Assembly: GCA_036785375.1 (NCBI GenBank)
Contig: JAWMAR010000167.1
Span: forward strand, 4,712,001-4,776,000
Direction of reading: 5' to 3'
DNA length: 64,000 nt
Source of the DNA: Leucoraja ocellata
Lineage: Eukaryota
The position numbers and the translations under genes were made by a program. Positions 13,510 through 26,985 of this stretch are shown piece by piece. The notes under the pieces were generated by a model. That model saw only the letters and a program-made list of their open reading frames with translations. It was not told the DNA's origin and searched no databases. How positions within the stretch are numbered: position 1 is the stretch's first letter; every line of letters starts with the position of its first letter.

Positions 13510-15454
13510 GCTGCCTTGCCTGCAAGAGTGGGATGCAAACAGCAGAGTAAATGTCAATATCAGATTAGAAAGACGGCTTTGAAAAACATTTTGACAACTA
13601 TAATTTATATTTATCAAATGTAAATGATCAGCATTTGCATAAAAGGTGAAACAATAGTACATCCTAACTAGTAAAGTCTTTTGAAACCTCAATTTCATAA
13701 TGTTGCGATCATTTATGCAGGATTTAACATTAGTGAAATCCGCATCTATATGAATGGAAATTACATGCACACACAACCTCGTTAACAAGATAAATTAAGT
13801 CTGAATTTTACACTCGATCATTCAGGAACATGCCATTAAAATTAAACATTCCCAGTTCCAACTAATGAACAAGTTTTGAACTTTCTTCAATCTTTGTTCA
13901 ACTGCAGCTTTTGCAGCATTGTTGAAATCACCCTACAAAAAGCCATTGGCAAGTAATATTTCCACATTGTCTTAACAGGCCCGATCAAGTTTCAGCAACC
14001 CAATGCCTGTGTTAGCAGGTAAATTACATGTAGCCTATTTTAAAACAAACTTCCTGGTTTCTCATGTTTCTTTAAACACAAAAGAAAATTACTCGCGGCC
14101 AAGCTTGTGGACGGTGTGGGACAATGATTCCCTTCCATTAAGAATCACTCACCATTTACAAAAATGCAAACCAGAGCACCACTGACAAATGGTTTTGGTT
14201 TCTTATATATCCTTAACCAACACGCTTATCTACTGAAAACCCTTGTAATAACAGTCAAAGTGCCAGACACATTTTGAACCGCCTGCCAGCAGAACAAGTA
14301 CATACTCAGCATCAAGACTAGTTTTTGATCATATTTAATAAAACTAAATTTCACACCAAACTAAACAAGTGTACATTTTACCATATAATGCTCCATCTGC
14401 AATCACCTTACCTGCTTGCTTAATGTGTTCAGATCCCCTTTCAGATTCATGCCTTGCTATCTACAGTTCACTTCCCCTTGGCTTTGTTCCTCTAGTGAAT
14501 CTGCATGGGTGTGCACTTCTAAAGTACTTATAAATTGAATGTGTCTGTCTCGCCCATCCGAAAATAAATACTATGACCCAATTAATGTGCACATCTTCCC
14601 CTTGAAGTAATAATTCTAAAGTAAATAAATACTTACAGATTACACTCAGATATTTTAGGTTATAAACTTTAATGTGGAATCAGTCCTGTGTCTTGCAGCA
14701 GCAATTCATAACCTTTGTCCTGTATTGCTTGTTGGGGGTTGTCACAAGTGGGTTTTCATTCGTAAGTTAACATTCAAATCTGAATAGAATATGAGGAAAA
14801 CATTATAAGCGAAATTAAAACGACTCGACCTCCATCTGACGTGATCATTTGTAAGAGGATATGGTCTGTAAAATATTGTTGAGAAACTATTCAAATAAAC
14901 CCGTACCTCTATCAATTACAGGATGAAATAAATGGACACATCCATTTTAATCAAATAGTGAAGCATTAAAGCACAATAACAGAAGAAAATAGAAGTCATC
15001 AGGACCCTCAAGCCAGCTCCACCATTTAATATGATCATAGCCAATTTATTCTGGACTCAATTCCTCTTTCATGCCATTTCTCTATATCCCTCTACTCCTC
15101 CATCACCACCACTATAAGTATTTCTAATGATTTAGCTTCCGCCACCAGCCAGAGCAGTGAATTCCAGAAATGCATCACCCTCTGCGAAAACGATCAGTTT
15201 TAAACGTGACTACGTACCGCTACCTTGTAGTTATGTCCCCTTGTATGAGACTCTCTCACAACATCTCAAGAGTCAAGTCAAGATAGTTTATGGTCATGTG
15301 TCCCAGATAGGACAATGAAATTCGTGCTTGCTGCAGCACAACAGAATATTGTTCTATTGTTCTGAATATTATCTATTCCGTGTGGTCCCTTTGGTGTCTT
15401 ATTTATTTGGGCAAGGTCACTTCTCATTCTGCTAAACTCCAAGGATTCAAATGT

Positions 15455-15690
15455 AGTTTAGTTTAGAGATACAGCACAGAAACAGGCCCTTCGGCCCACC
15501 GGGTCCATGCCGACCAGCGATCCCCACACATAAACATCATCCTACACCCACTAGGGACAATTTTTACATTTACCAAGTCAATTAACCTTCAAACCTGTAC
15601 GTCTTTGGAATGTGGGAGGAAACCGAAGATCTCAGCGAAAGCCCACGTAGGTCACGGGGAGAATGTACAAATGCCGTACAGTCAAAAACT
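15455..15690 (-). mobile_element. HE1-like V-SINE copy (5' truncated)
   Basis: Same tail and V-domain motifs as 11250-11532. Confidence 0.7.
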
Positions 15691-16009
15691 ACAGTACTAA
15701 CAGGAGGCAAAGTATGTAAAAACTCAACTGATATTGAAGTATTTTTTCTGATTGGATAGATGAATGAATAAGTTGATTGGCCAAGGAATTTGCCTTGGTG
15801 CTCCACCCACAAGTGACAACATGACATACAGTGACAGTTAGGAATGCCACATAAAACATTAAACATTAATAATAAAACATTATCGATTAAACTTGTGAAT
15901 TAAATAAAATACCAGAGCAAAAAGTGGCTACAGATTTTTGGTTATTGAGTAGAGCTACTACTCGTGGAAAAAGATGGCTGTAAGATTAATTCAAGTCAAT
16001 AGAAAAGGT

Positions 16010-16670
16010 CGCTCAGAACAGGCCCTTTGGGCCCAATGTCTGTGCTGAATATGCTGCCAAGATAAACTAATCTCACCTGCCTACAAGTAATCCATAACCC
16101 ACCAATTCCTGCAGGTCTATGTGGCTATCTAAAATCCTCTTAAATGTCACTCTCATCTCTGCCTCCGCCACTACCCTCACCAGCACATTCCACTCTCTAT
16201 GTATAAAACTTGCCCCGCACATCCTTTATGCATTGCCCCTCTAACCTTAAAGTTATGCCCTCCTTTTACACCCTGGGAAAAAGGGTCTGATTGCCTCATA
16301 ATTTACATACTTCACTCAGGTCCCTCCTCAGATTATGACGCGCCAGAGAAAACAATTCAGGTTTGCACGATCGCTCCTCATAACTAATACCCTATAATCC
16401 TGGCAGCATAATCCAGGTAATCTTCTTCTGCACCCTCTTCAAAGCCTTCACATCGTTCCTGTAATGGGGCAACTAGAACTGCATACAATATTCCACATGT
16501 GGCATAACCTAATTCCTATAAAGTGGCAACATGACGTTCTTACTCTTATGCTCAATGCATACCTTACACCTTCTTTACCACTCTATGTTGCCACATACAC
16601 TGAGCTGTGGACTTGGACATCAAGATCCCTCTATACATCAATGCTGTTAAGGATCTTGCCATTAACTGTG
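16010..16670 (-). mobile_element. Decayed CR1-type LINE 3' fragment
   Basis: Tail similar to the other CR1 ends, plus a degenerate VEYCMQF-like ORF2 remnant near 16470-16500. Confidence 0.55.
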
Positions 16671-16984
16671 TACTACAGTATGAGTAAATATGTTCCTTGG
16701 AAATAGTACCTGTTGCAATCTTCTCTCATCGGCTTCCACAGTATGTAAACTTAAACAAGGAGTTTCAAATATATTTACCATGTTTTTAAGTTACATGCTG
16801 AGTGGATACCATTATTTTCAGTTTTTCACAACTGCTTGGCTTTACTCTCAATCTCCATTCTATAATTACACTACATGACCTGAAAACCAAGACTATTTTC
16901 TTTTGTGACCAATTTGATTTATTTTGTCACATTTCAAATTACACATCATGGTCAACGTACTACTAAATAGTCGAATCACAGCTT

Positions 16985-17245
16985 TAGACTTTGGAGATAC
17001 AGCGTGGAAACAGGCCCACCGAGTCTGCACCGACCAGTGATCACCCTGCACGACCTGCACACTTAAGGACAATTTTACAATTTACAGATGCCAATTAACC
17101 TTCAAACCTGTATATCTTTGGAGTATGGGAGGAGCACCCAGAGAAAACCCACGTAGTCACAGGGAGAATGTACAAACTCAACACAGACAGCACCAGTTGT
17201 CAGGATTGAACCCAGGTCTCTAGGACTGTGAGGCAGCAAAGCTAC
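16985..17245 (-). mobile_element. HE1-like V-SINE copy
   Basis: Head, V domain (gtgtgttgagtttgtacattctccctgtgactacgtgggttttctctgggtgct on the minus strand) and tail all recognisable. Confidence 0.7.
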
Positions 17246-19889
17246 TTTCTGAATGTGACAAACAAAAATATTCTCATATACCCTCGCAAAAGAGGACATA
17301 GCACTGCACCTAATCACCTGCACTGCACCAGTTCAATATTCGCAGATGTACAGGGCCACAATTTCTGCAACTTCCTCACCATACGACACTCCCTCACCCC
17401 CCACACTTCCACATTAAAACGTTGTTCAATCACTTCATTCAGAATGATATCAATATTATTCCATGCAGCTTAATTTCAGGAGAGTAACACACAACTCTTC
17501 TCAATATGATGTTAGCTTCCTTTCTAATTTAGTACAGTGAAAAGACCTGAAGATTCAGTATCACTTTCCTCAGAGGTCCAGTGACTACAAAACCACATCT
17601 CAGCAGTTGACATGACGTAAAAAGATGCAGGAATATTCAACTGAGTATTGCTCTACAGGACTGAGTCTTCCGCCTGTATTTATAGATACTGGACTGTTCA
17701 CCTTCAGTCACCATTTTAGGAAGCAATATTTCGTGATCGAAAATTTGACCTCTTCAACAGTGCCTATGCCTTTAGATTTTAAGTTACTTCATCCTTTGTG
17801 GTCAAAAGAAATCACTAAAATTTATTTCAGGTGGTGTCTAAGAGTACGAGTAATATAGTACGAGTTTATAGAAATGTTATGGTGCAAATTTACCCAGAGC
17901 TAAAATGGACGCAACACTAGTCAAATTTTATAGATATGTGAAGTACTACATACAAGAAACCTCAATGACACTCCATAAGTTGCCTAAGTAACAAAAACTG
18001 AAAGTGAAAATTGCAGACAACATGCAAAATATCAAATTGAGAAGTATTAAAGCAAAAATAAAATGATAAACAATCATAATAATGCAGCACTGTTCATATC
18101 CTTAGTAACCTAAAATGCTTTACAACCAAATAAATATATTGCAATTTTAATGCTGGGAGGCAGAAAGACCTCACAATAAGCAAGCAAAAAAGGTCAGGTA
18201 CATTTTTTTAGGGGTGTATTATTTGACAGACTGGTTAAGACACCATTAATACTCTCTTTGCAAGTCTTGGCCCCTCTGAGCTATCAAGCCAAAATGGTGA
18301 AATGCACATCAGAAGACACTGTGTTACCACAGCACAAGAATAACGTAATAACCTCAACCATGTCACAAAACTCAGTTGTGATTCCACAGAGAGTGGAAAT
18401 ATCAAAAATTAGGCAAAGTAGCTCTAAGGTGAGGGGGTGGAGGGAAGTTTAAAGGATATGTGGAAGGCAAGTTTTATTTTTACATATAGATTGCTCAGTG
18501 GCTGGAATGCATTGGGAGTGGAGTAGAAACAAGATGATAGTGCCATTTAAGAGAAATGGATAAGCAGGGAATAGTGGGATATGGAAAGGGCCCATTTCTA
18601 TGCTCTACTGTCCTATACAACGTTACCCTGGGTGCCACTTTTTTTAAGACGCGAGGGAAGGTAGTTTCTCTGATAGGCTGGTTATGCTGGGCATTGTTGA
18701 TCCTTGAACTGAGGAGACAGAGGGGATGTGAATAATCAATTGTTCCCATCATTGGATAGGTCAAGCAATGTAGAATAAAAGCCACCGATGTGGCACATTG
18801 GTAGAACTGCAGCCTCATAGCTCTGGCAACCAAGGTTCAATCTTGGCCTCCAGTGCAGTGTATGTGGAGTTTGCACGTTCATCGATGACCACGTAGATTT
18901 CCCGATTGCTCTGGTTTACTCCCACCGCAAATTTATCCTGGTGCCTAGATTTTATGGGAACGTGAGAAAGTCACATGGAAGGTTACAAGGAAAACTAAAG
19001 TGGGGATGCCGAGTTCAACTGACCGAATTGCCTCCTTTTACATTGTAAGGAAATACAGACAGAAGGATTTTAATTGTAAAACACACGTGGTCTGGATTTG
19101 GAATACACTGAGAAGTAGTAGAACCAGATTTATTCAGGCATTCAAGAGAGCTAAGTAAAATATTTTTAAAATGTAAGCTATGGGGGAAAACTAGCATCGA
19201 TTGGATGGGCTGAATGGTCTAATTGGAGCTGTAATTTGAGAGTGTGATGTTAATTCTTGCAGGGAGAGCTCACCGAGAGCAGAAAAGCAGACCATGTAGT
19301 CCCACTGTAATTGTGGAAAGTTAGGGGTATGGGGTGACGGTGCAAAGCCCAAATCTGAAGAGGGGGGAGCGGAGGTGAGGGAGGGGGGAGGGGAGGGGAG
19401 GTGGGTGGGTGTATGGAGTCCCCAGGAGGAAGGAGAGCCCAGGTGTGGGATGGGAGAGCTCAGGGCATGGCAAAAGAGGAAGAGAGGGGCAGGGAGAAAT
19501 GACAGTGGGGAGAGGGACATGGAGAGCCTTCGGTTGGGTGGGGGAGGCCTGGAGGGAGCAGAGGGGATGTAATGTCAAGTTATTTTGAAAGTCCCAAAAT
19601 TCATCATTCCAGCACTGAAAAAAAATTGGGGTTCTTGAAAATAACTTGTTAGAGGCACCACCATTGATTGGCCTTAGGAACAGCAAAAATACAGAGAGCA
19701 ATATCGTGCTGGAGAACAATCAACCAAAGTAATTCATCTTTTCTTCAGCTCTGTTGTCTAAATGCATAATATACTGTGGAGAGATTTGTTTTGTAGCTGG
19801 ATGAGTGTAATGTGGACTTTATACAAAATTATAGAAATAAAATATGCTGGCAGTAACTAGCCTAGGCATGAGTGGCTCCTGCAAGGGAT

Positions 19890-20400
19890 GTGGAGGAGGG
19901 GAGATGAGAGGGGACAGGTGGGGAGGGGGAAAGGGGCTGGAGGGAGGGAAAGGGGCTGGAGGTGGAGAGGGGAGAATGGACGAAATAAGGAGGAGGATAG
20001 AAGTGGAGGCAGCCGGCGGTGGGGAGAAGAGGAGGTTTGGGAGGGGGTGAGGGTGAGAGGGGAGAGGGGGTGAGGGTGAGAGGGGAGAGGGGAGAAGAGG
20101 GGGAGAGGGAGGAACGAGGGGACGGGGAGGGAGCGAAGGAGAGGGGAGGGAGAGGGGTAGGGGGGGGAGGAACGAGGGGAGAGGGGGACGGAGGGAGGGA
20201 GGGAGGGAGGGAGGGAGAGAGGGAGAGTGGGAGGGAGGAGAGGGAGGGGACGGGGAGAGGGGGGGGGAGGGGGAGGAGGGGGAGGGGGAGGGGGGATGGG
20301 GGAGAGAGAGAGGGGGGGCCGGGGAGGGGGGAACGAGGGGACGGGGAGGGAGAGGAGGGAGAGAGGGAGGGGGAGGGAGAGAGGAACGAGGGGACGGGAG
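19890..20400 (+). repeat. Low-complexity polypurine (G/A) tract
   Basis: About 500 bp of GGGAG/GGGGA/GAGGG runs with very few pyrimidines; a smaller similar patch lies at ~19360-19570. Confidence 0.95.
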
Positions 20401-20774
20401 GAGACGTCGGGCGGCCATAAACCGACCGGGGGGAAGTGAGTACATGTAGAAGCCGAGGCCCCGCTTCCCCACCCGGCCCAGGGCCGCTCCCGCTCCCTCT
20501 CCCGCTCCCTCTACCCCCGGCGGCGCTCCCTCACTCACTCCCAGGGCCGCTCCCGCTCCCTCCCCACTCCCCCCAGCGGCGCTCCCTCACCCCTAACCCG
20601 GCCCGGCGGCGCTCCCTCCCTCGCTCACCCTCAGCGGCGCTCCCTCCCTCACTCACTCACCCGCTCCACTCTCGCAGGGTCACAGTCCAAACCATCCCGT
20701 CCTCACTTCCGGCTCCTTAAAGGGAAGGTTCTCAGCTGCTGTTTCGCCGACACTATTTTTGTATCTTAGGTTGG
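20400..20774 (-). promoter_or_regulatory. CpG-rich ERLIN1 promoter region with an ETS/GABP site
   Basis: Most conspicuous non-repeat CpG-dense patch upstream of the ERLIN1 ATG exon. CCGGAAGT on the minus strand at 20705-20712; YY1-like GCGGCCAT at 20411-20418. Confidence 0.7.
20661..20715 (-). other. ERLIN1: Probable non-coding first exon of ERLIN1 (TSS approximate)
   Basis: Strong donor CGG|GTGAGT at 20661/20660 just downstream of the ETS site. The ATG exon has its own acceptor, so an upstream exon is expected. Confidence 0.6.
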
Positions 20775-21017
20775 NNNNNNNNNNNNNNNNNNNNNNNNNN
20801 NNNNNNNNNNNNNNNNNNNNNNNNNNNNNNNNNNNNNNNNNNNNNNNNNNNNNNNNNNNNNNNNNNNNNNNNNNNNNNNNNNNNNNNNNNNNNNNNNNNN
20901 NNNNNNNNNNNNNNNNNNNNNNNNNNNNNNNNNNNNNNNNNNNNNNNNNNNNNNNNNNNNNNNNNNNNNNNNNNNNNNNNNNNNNNNNNNNNNNNNNNNN
21001 NNNNNNNNNNNNNNNNN
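20775..21017. other. Assembly gap (243 N)
   Basis: Run of n characters. Confidence 1.
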
Positions 21018-21166
21018 GTGGGTATATGTGTGTGAGTGTATGTGTGTGAGTGTGTGTGTATGTGTGTGAGTGTGTGTGTATATGTGTGTTGAATAAGCTC
21101 CAACCTAAGATACAAAAATAGTGTCGGCGAAACATACACATATATATATATACACACACACACACA
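21018..21166. repeat. (GT)n and (TA)n/(CA)n microsatellites
   Basis: Directly visible dinucleotide repeats on either side of a short unique segment. Confidence 0.95.
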
Positions 21167-21544
21167 ACAGATACAGAAACAAAACAATGCATTGCTTTCT
21201 TTTCATCCACAATGTTGTCAAGTCAATAATTTCTATGCATTTTTAGACATAAATTGCAATGTGAACTATTGCTGTGTGTGTGGGGGAACTATTTAATTTG
21301 GACATTTGTACAACTCATATTTATTGTGTATGCATGCACCAATTGCGTTTCCCACACTTTTTATGAATTGAGTATATTGTTTTAAAGATTCATCTTCAGT
21401 TACAGGTAATCCTAACAGAACTGGCATTTGTTTTCCATCTCTAATCGCCTTGAGGAAGTGGTGGTGAACTTATCGTGCTTATTGTGAAGGTGCTCAAATC
21501 GAGCCGAGTTTCTTCTCACTCTACACAAATACAATGAAAAATGG

Positions 21545-21835
21545 GTGGCACAACGGCGCATCTTTGTAGAGCTACTGCCTCACAGTTGCCAAAGACCCTG
21601 GTTCGATCTTGACCCCGGTACTGTGTATGTGTTTGTGTGAAGTCTGCACGTTCTCACCGTGTTTCCTTCCACATCCCAAAGATGTGCAGGTTTACAGGTT
21701 AATTGGCCCTTCTAAATTGCCCCTAGTGTGCGTGGGGCTTGCATAGATAGAACTAGTATGTGAATGGGTATTCAAAGGCTGGGGTGGACTCAATAGGCCG
21801 AAGGGCCTGATTCCATGCTGCATCTCAAAACTAAC
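21545..21835 (+). mobile_element. HE1-like V-SINE copy
   Basis: tRNA head (gaccctggttcgatcttgacc), partial V domain, tail ggccgaagggcctgattccatgctg. Confidence 0.7.
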
Positions 21836-22464
21836 TATCGTGTTCGTATCTCAAAACTAAAATCTTATTTGAGACAGCATCATGGACTCGACAATACACA
21901 CAAACCATAAATTGTATATAAATTGCAGATCAATTCTACAAGATAGCATCAAGAGACTGCAATAAAACAAGATATTGGTGTAAAATGCAACTGAAAAACA
22001 ATTCAATGGGCAAGATGTTCCTAGTATTCCTTTGCCGAGATAGGATTAGACATGCAGGTGGGTTCATGAATCTGCTCTTTGCTGGAAAGTCTTCTTCAAC
22101 CTTTCAACTTGACCCGACCCGTCACCCATTCCTTCTCTCCAGAGATGCTGCTTGTCCCGCTGAGTTACTCCAGCATTTTGTGTCTATCTTTGGCTTAAAC
22201 CAGCGTCTGCAGTTCCTTCACACAAATTTGCAGGAAAGTAGCTATTTCTGAAACTTGAGACTTTTGTACCTCCTGCCTGGCCTAACCCAGATGGTGGGGA
22301 TTGTTGATGTTAGATGCTGTCTTCTTGAGACAGAGCCTCATGTAGATGCTTTCAAAGGTGGGGAGAGCTTTTGCATTGATTATTGTTGATTAGTGTTTCA
22401 GTAATTTGTCAATAAAGGAAAGTTGAGATGTTGTGTGGAGGTAGCATTATTTGAAGCACCTAAA

Positions 22465-22760
22465 GAGTGGTGCAGTGGCACAGCCGATAGCACTTCTGCC
22501 TCACAGCACCAGATCCAGCTTTAATCCTGACGTCGGGAGTTGTCCTTGTGAATTTTGCATGTGCTACATAAGACTGCGTGGGCTTGCGCTAGGTGATCCA
22601 GTTTCTTTCCACATCCTAAATGTGTGGATTTGTCAGTTAATTTGCCTCTGTAAATTGACCCTAGTGTGTAGAGAGTGGATGAGAACATGGGATAACATAG
22701 AACTCATTGATCAGCATTGAGTCAGTGTGACCAAAGACCTGTTTCAATGCTGTATCTATC
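22465..22760 (+). mobile_element. Older HE1-like V-SINE copy
   Basis: Degenerate head, V domain and tail in the expected order. Confidence 0.6.
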
Positions 22761-25264
22761 TACCTGTTTATAGTGATGGACATCACAAACGTGGGATGTG
22801 CCTCTAGTAATTTGCCAATTTGTAAATGGTAGACACACCATCTATGGTAGAGACAGGAACGATATCTTGACTGCTGAATGTGATGGCAAGCAAGTGAGAT
22901 TTTTTTCATCCTGAATGATGGTTCATGCAATCATCGACAAAAAGCCCCACTTCTAACCTGGAAGGAAACAGCAGATGGCCAGGCTTATAACACTACCGTG
23001 AGACACTCTTGCAGCAATCTTCTGTGGTTGGGATGATTCAATTGTATTTTATTTTGCCAGATGTACTTGGTTACAGTGAAATTCCTTGTTTTGCAAAAGG
23101 TTCCACAAGAATTCTTACTCTACACAGGCACAATCATGAGTAAATAAAAGTGTAGGAATTGTAGATTACAGTGAGATTAACCTCCAACAATCGCAACCAC
23201 TTTCCTTTGCACAAAGATGCGACTCCTCAATAAGAAATGTTATCCCATTGATGTCCATTAACCAGTTTTATCAGGTTGTTGCAACTGTAGCTGGGAGGTG
23301 CAATTCTTCCAACCCTATATCAGTACAGAACCCTGCAAGGACACAGATTCAGGGTAAAACAACTCTCCCCAAGAGCACGACTCAGTAAGAAAGGCACCAC
23401 TCGTAATGTGTTCAATGTTCTGTCTATTTTAGGTAAACTCATCTGTCCCTATTTCAGTAAAGTTCAGTCACCTTTGCTATTTAATCCCTATCATTGGTAT
23501 CAGGTTACAGGAACAAACTGGAAAGGGCAGAGCAATAAGCCGTAGCATGAAAACCGAACAAGATGGATGAGCTGCCAAAAAGTATTTTGAGCCATTTGGG
23601 TCTCCCCCACCTGTCTCAACCCCTCCGTTGCCTTTATGTTACTTGATTGCTTATCCAGCTTCAAATTAACTTCCAGTTTCACCAAAGATGATTGGCTTCT
23701 GGCTCTGATGATGTTGCCTATAGAACTACACCTGCTGCTCTGAAATATTTATCTGCTTATTTAAAAAGTAAGGAGGTAATCCAGGGAAATTTCAGTAAAT
23801 TGATCACAAGGACAAAAGTTTTGTTAAACAAGGAAACATGGGAGGTTGATCCTACCTTCATTAGATGAGAGGTTTTCTAACCGAAACATATATATTCTGA
23901 GAGGGTAGATGCTATGCAGATATTTATCCTCATGGAGGAATCTAGAACTGCTGGTGGTGGGCATATGGAACAAGCTGCCAGAGGAGGTGTTTGAGGCAGG
24001 TACAATAACAGCATTTAAAAGACACTTGGATAGGAATATAGATAAAAAATAATTACAGGGATATGGGCTAAATGCAGGCAAATGGGGCTAGCTCAATAGT
24101 GGCATCTTGGTTGGCATGAATGGACCAAAGGGTCTGCCTCCATGTTGTATGATTCCATAACTAGGGTGTCCAATAAAGTCAATGAAGAGGTAAATCTTGT
24201 CCAAGGATCCTGAATATTTATGTTCCTCTATCTAAAGGAGACACTTAATTGTCAATTTACGAGGCAAGGTTGGACTGACTAGGCATGTGCCTGTTTGACT
24301 TTCGAAGAGTTAGATGGGTTTTGATTGAAAAATAAGTGCCCGAGGAGTCTTGACCAGGGTAATGTAACGAGAATGTATACTCTTGTGGAATTAGAGCTAA
24401 GGAGCACATTTTGAAATTAAGTGGTGGAAAAGAAAGAAAATCTACAAATGTTGGAAATATAAAAGGCAGAAAGACTCAGCAATTCAGGGAGCGCCTGTAG
24501 AAAAAGTAGTAATAGCTAATGCTAAAGGACAAAGAGACCCCAAAATAGGGAGGCAGGGAGTGGTGTTTGGACATTTCTAATGGAGACAAGGTGAAATGTC
24601 TTCTCTCCCTTAAGACTTTGGAACTGTCATCTTCAATGAATGGTCAGAGCAGAAACATGAAATGTTTTGAAGGATAATGAAATCTAAAACAGCAAAATAA
24701 AACCTGCTGCAGGAACCGTCAGTTAGGCGAAGGGTTCATCTGATTAGAATGGACTAATTGAAACTTGTAATTTAAAAGTATGTTTAAAGTTGTTGGAAAA
24801 AGGTGACCAAAAAAAAAAATAGTAAAAACCTAACAATTTTAAACGGCCAATTAATAAACATTTGATAAACATTGTGCAGACAAATATAGAAACTTTACTC
24901 ATTAATAATTACCATAATAGTCACAACAGCATTTGATCATTTGCAGCCATTAAACAAAACAGCATTACACTCAATGGGCAGTGACAGATTGTGAGCTCAG
25001 GCTTCCAATTACCTTCTACTCTAATCACCCAGGATTCCAGCAGATCGTTACTTTAATGTGGTAACAAGAGACTGGTGAATGTTTGTACGTGTTATATCGG
25101 ATAGAATATCTTTAACAGTTGACTCAGAACTCATTTCAAAAGGATTTCCACTCAAGAAGTTAATCACTGAATTTTCTATCAGAAATTCACAATCCTAATA
25201 TGCATTACCTTCTCAACCTTCTGAATTTTGTAGTCGGCAGGGCAGTTCTCTGCATATCGCCAAC

Positions 25265-25470
25265 TTGGACAATTTTACTTTTTTTTTATCAAGCCAATTA
25301 ACCTACAAACCTGTACATTTTTTGGGAGGAAACCGAAGAACTCGGAGAAAGCCCACGCACGGGAAGAACATACAAACTAAATACAGACTGCACCCGTAGT
25401 CGGGATCGAACTCGGGTCTCTGACTCTGCATTTTGCTGTAAGGCAGCTGCTCTACCGCTGCGCCACCATA
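25265..25470 (-). mobile_element. HE1-like V-SINE copy
   Basis: Minus strand ggtggcgcagcggtagagcagctgcc...gagttcgatcccgac. Confidence 0.7.
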
Positions 25471-26299
25471 ACCGTGACTTAATTTTTTAATATTTTACTA
25501 AACCTGCTTTGAGAACAAATAGCAGCAAAACAAATTAATTAATTAATTTTGGACGGCAACAGTATCCAATTATGACCATAATACATCGTATAGTGTTTCT
25601 TCTATGTGTATTTAGTTACCACTGATAAAACTGACAAGAACTAAATTTGAGATGTCTTTGGGTTTTGGAATGACATTTAAAAAATGCTAAAATACAAGTC
25701 AGGTTGCATTTGTAGGAGCAATGTGCAAGAATGGGATACTGATTGGGGATGATCAGCAATGATCACATTGAATGGCGGTGCTGGCTCGAAGGGCTGAATG
25801 GCCTGCTCATGCACCTATTGTCTAAACAGAATTAACATTTTTGGTCATGTTTTGGTGATATGCCAATTGTGGACAGAATTAAAATCCTCAGAGCTCTATT
25901 GACGAATAACCTACCAGAAATGAATATCCCAATTTGAGATAGAATTTAGATTCAAAGTTATAGGAAAACAACGGACAAAGGTGACCATTGTAAATGAAAG
26001 TATTACCTCTTGTAGTTGTCTCATGTTAATTCAAGTAACAGTGATATTCATAACATTTTAAATTGAGAACAAAAATAAATTTAAATTTGTGTCTTCAACT
26101 ATTTTCTTCATCCCTTACAAAAGGTAACTAATTGTCAGGTTATTGACTTCTTCAGATCTATCTGCTATGTTTTCTCCGCAAAGATAATTAATTTTAAAAG
26201 ACTTTAAATTACTTTTAAAAGTATGATTGCAATATCATTAACTTAAACCAGTTATATGCACATTCTCTTCTAAGTGTATTATTTTCCTATACGATACTT

Positions 26300-26985
26300 C
26301 TCATCACTGGTACGCCTCAGCTCCATATACTGTATACACACACAACTGTGCAGCCAAAAAACAATCCAACTCAATCCATAAGTTCACAGAGATCATCACT
26401 GTAGTGGGCAAGATATCAAATAATGATGAGATTACAGAAATGAGAGAACCTTGTAACTTTGTGCCAAGGCAACACCCTCAATATCAGCAAGACAAAGGAG
26501 ATAGTGATGCACTACAGGAAGTGAAGCTGTACACACACCCTGATATGTATTGATGGCTCTGAAGTAGAGATGGACTAAAGCTTCAAGTTTTGTGGCATAA
26601 ATATCACCAGCAATTTGGGCTGGACCAACCACATTGAAGTAATGGCCAAGAAAGCACACCAACACATCTACTTTCTTAGGTTAGAAATTTGGCATGTCCC
26701 CAATAACCTAGACAACTTCCACACATGCATCGTAGAAATAATTTTATCGGAATGCATCACAGCATGGTTTGGGAGCAGTTTCATCCAAGGCCGCAAGTAC
26801 TTGCAGAGAGTTGTGGACGTAGCCCAAACCATGATGCAAACCAACCTCCCTTCCATTGACTCCATCTACACTTCACACTGCCTCAGCAAGGCCACCAACA
26901 TCATCAAGGACTAGTCTCACCCTCTTCTTTCCACACCCATCAGCCAAGAAGTCTGAAAATGCATATCTCCAGATTCAGGACAAGA
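26300..26985 (+). mobile_element. Decayed Rex1/Babar-clade LINE, RT C-terminal part
   Basis: Frameshifted remnants LYTHNCAAK..SNSIHKF, NISKTKEIV, WTNHIEVMAKKAHQHIYFLR and CIVEIILSECITAWFG, typical of Rex1/Babar. Confidence 0.75.

Noticed and set aside
19819-20538. 239-aa proline-rich ORF and overlapping Gly/Glu/Arg-rich ORFs
   Set aside because: By-products of the low-complexity purine tract, which lacks stop codons; no domain or splice support.
20680-21210. ORFs spanning the gap
   Set aside because: Made of N runs and microsatellite.
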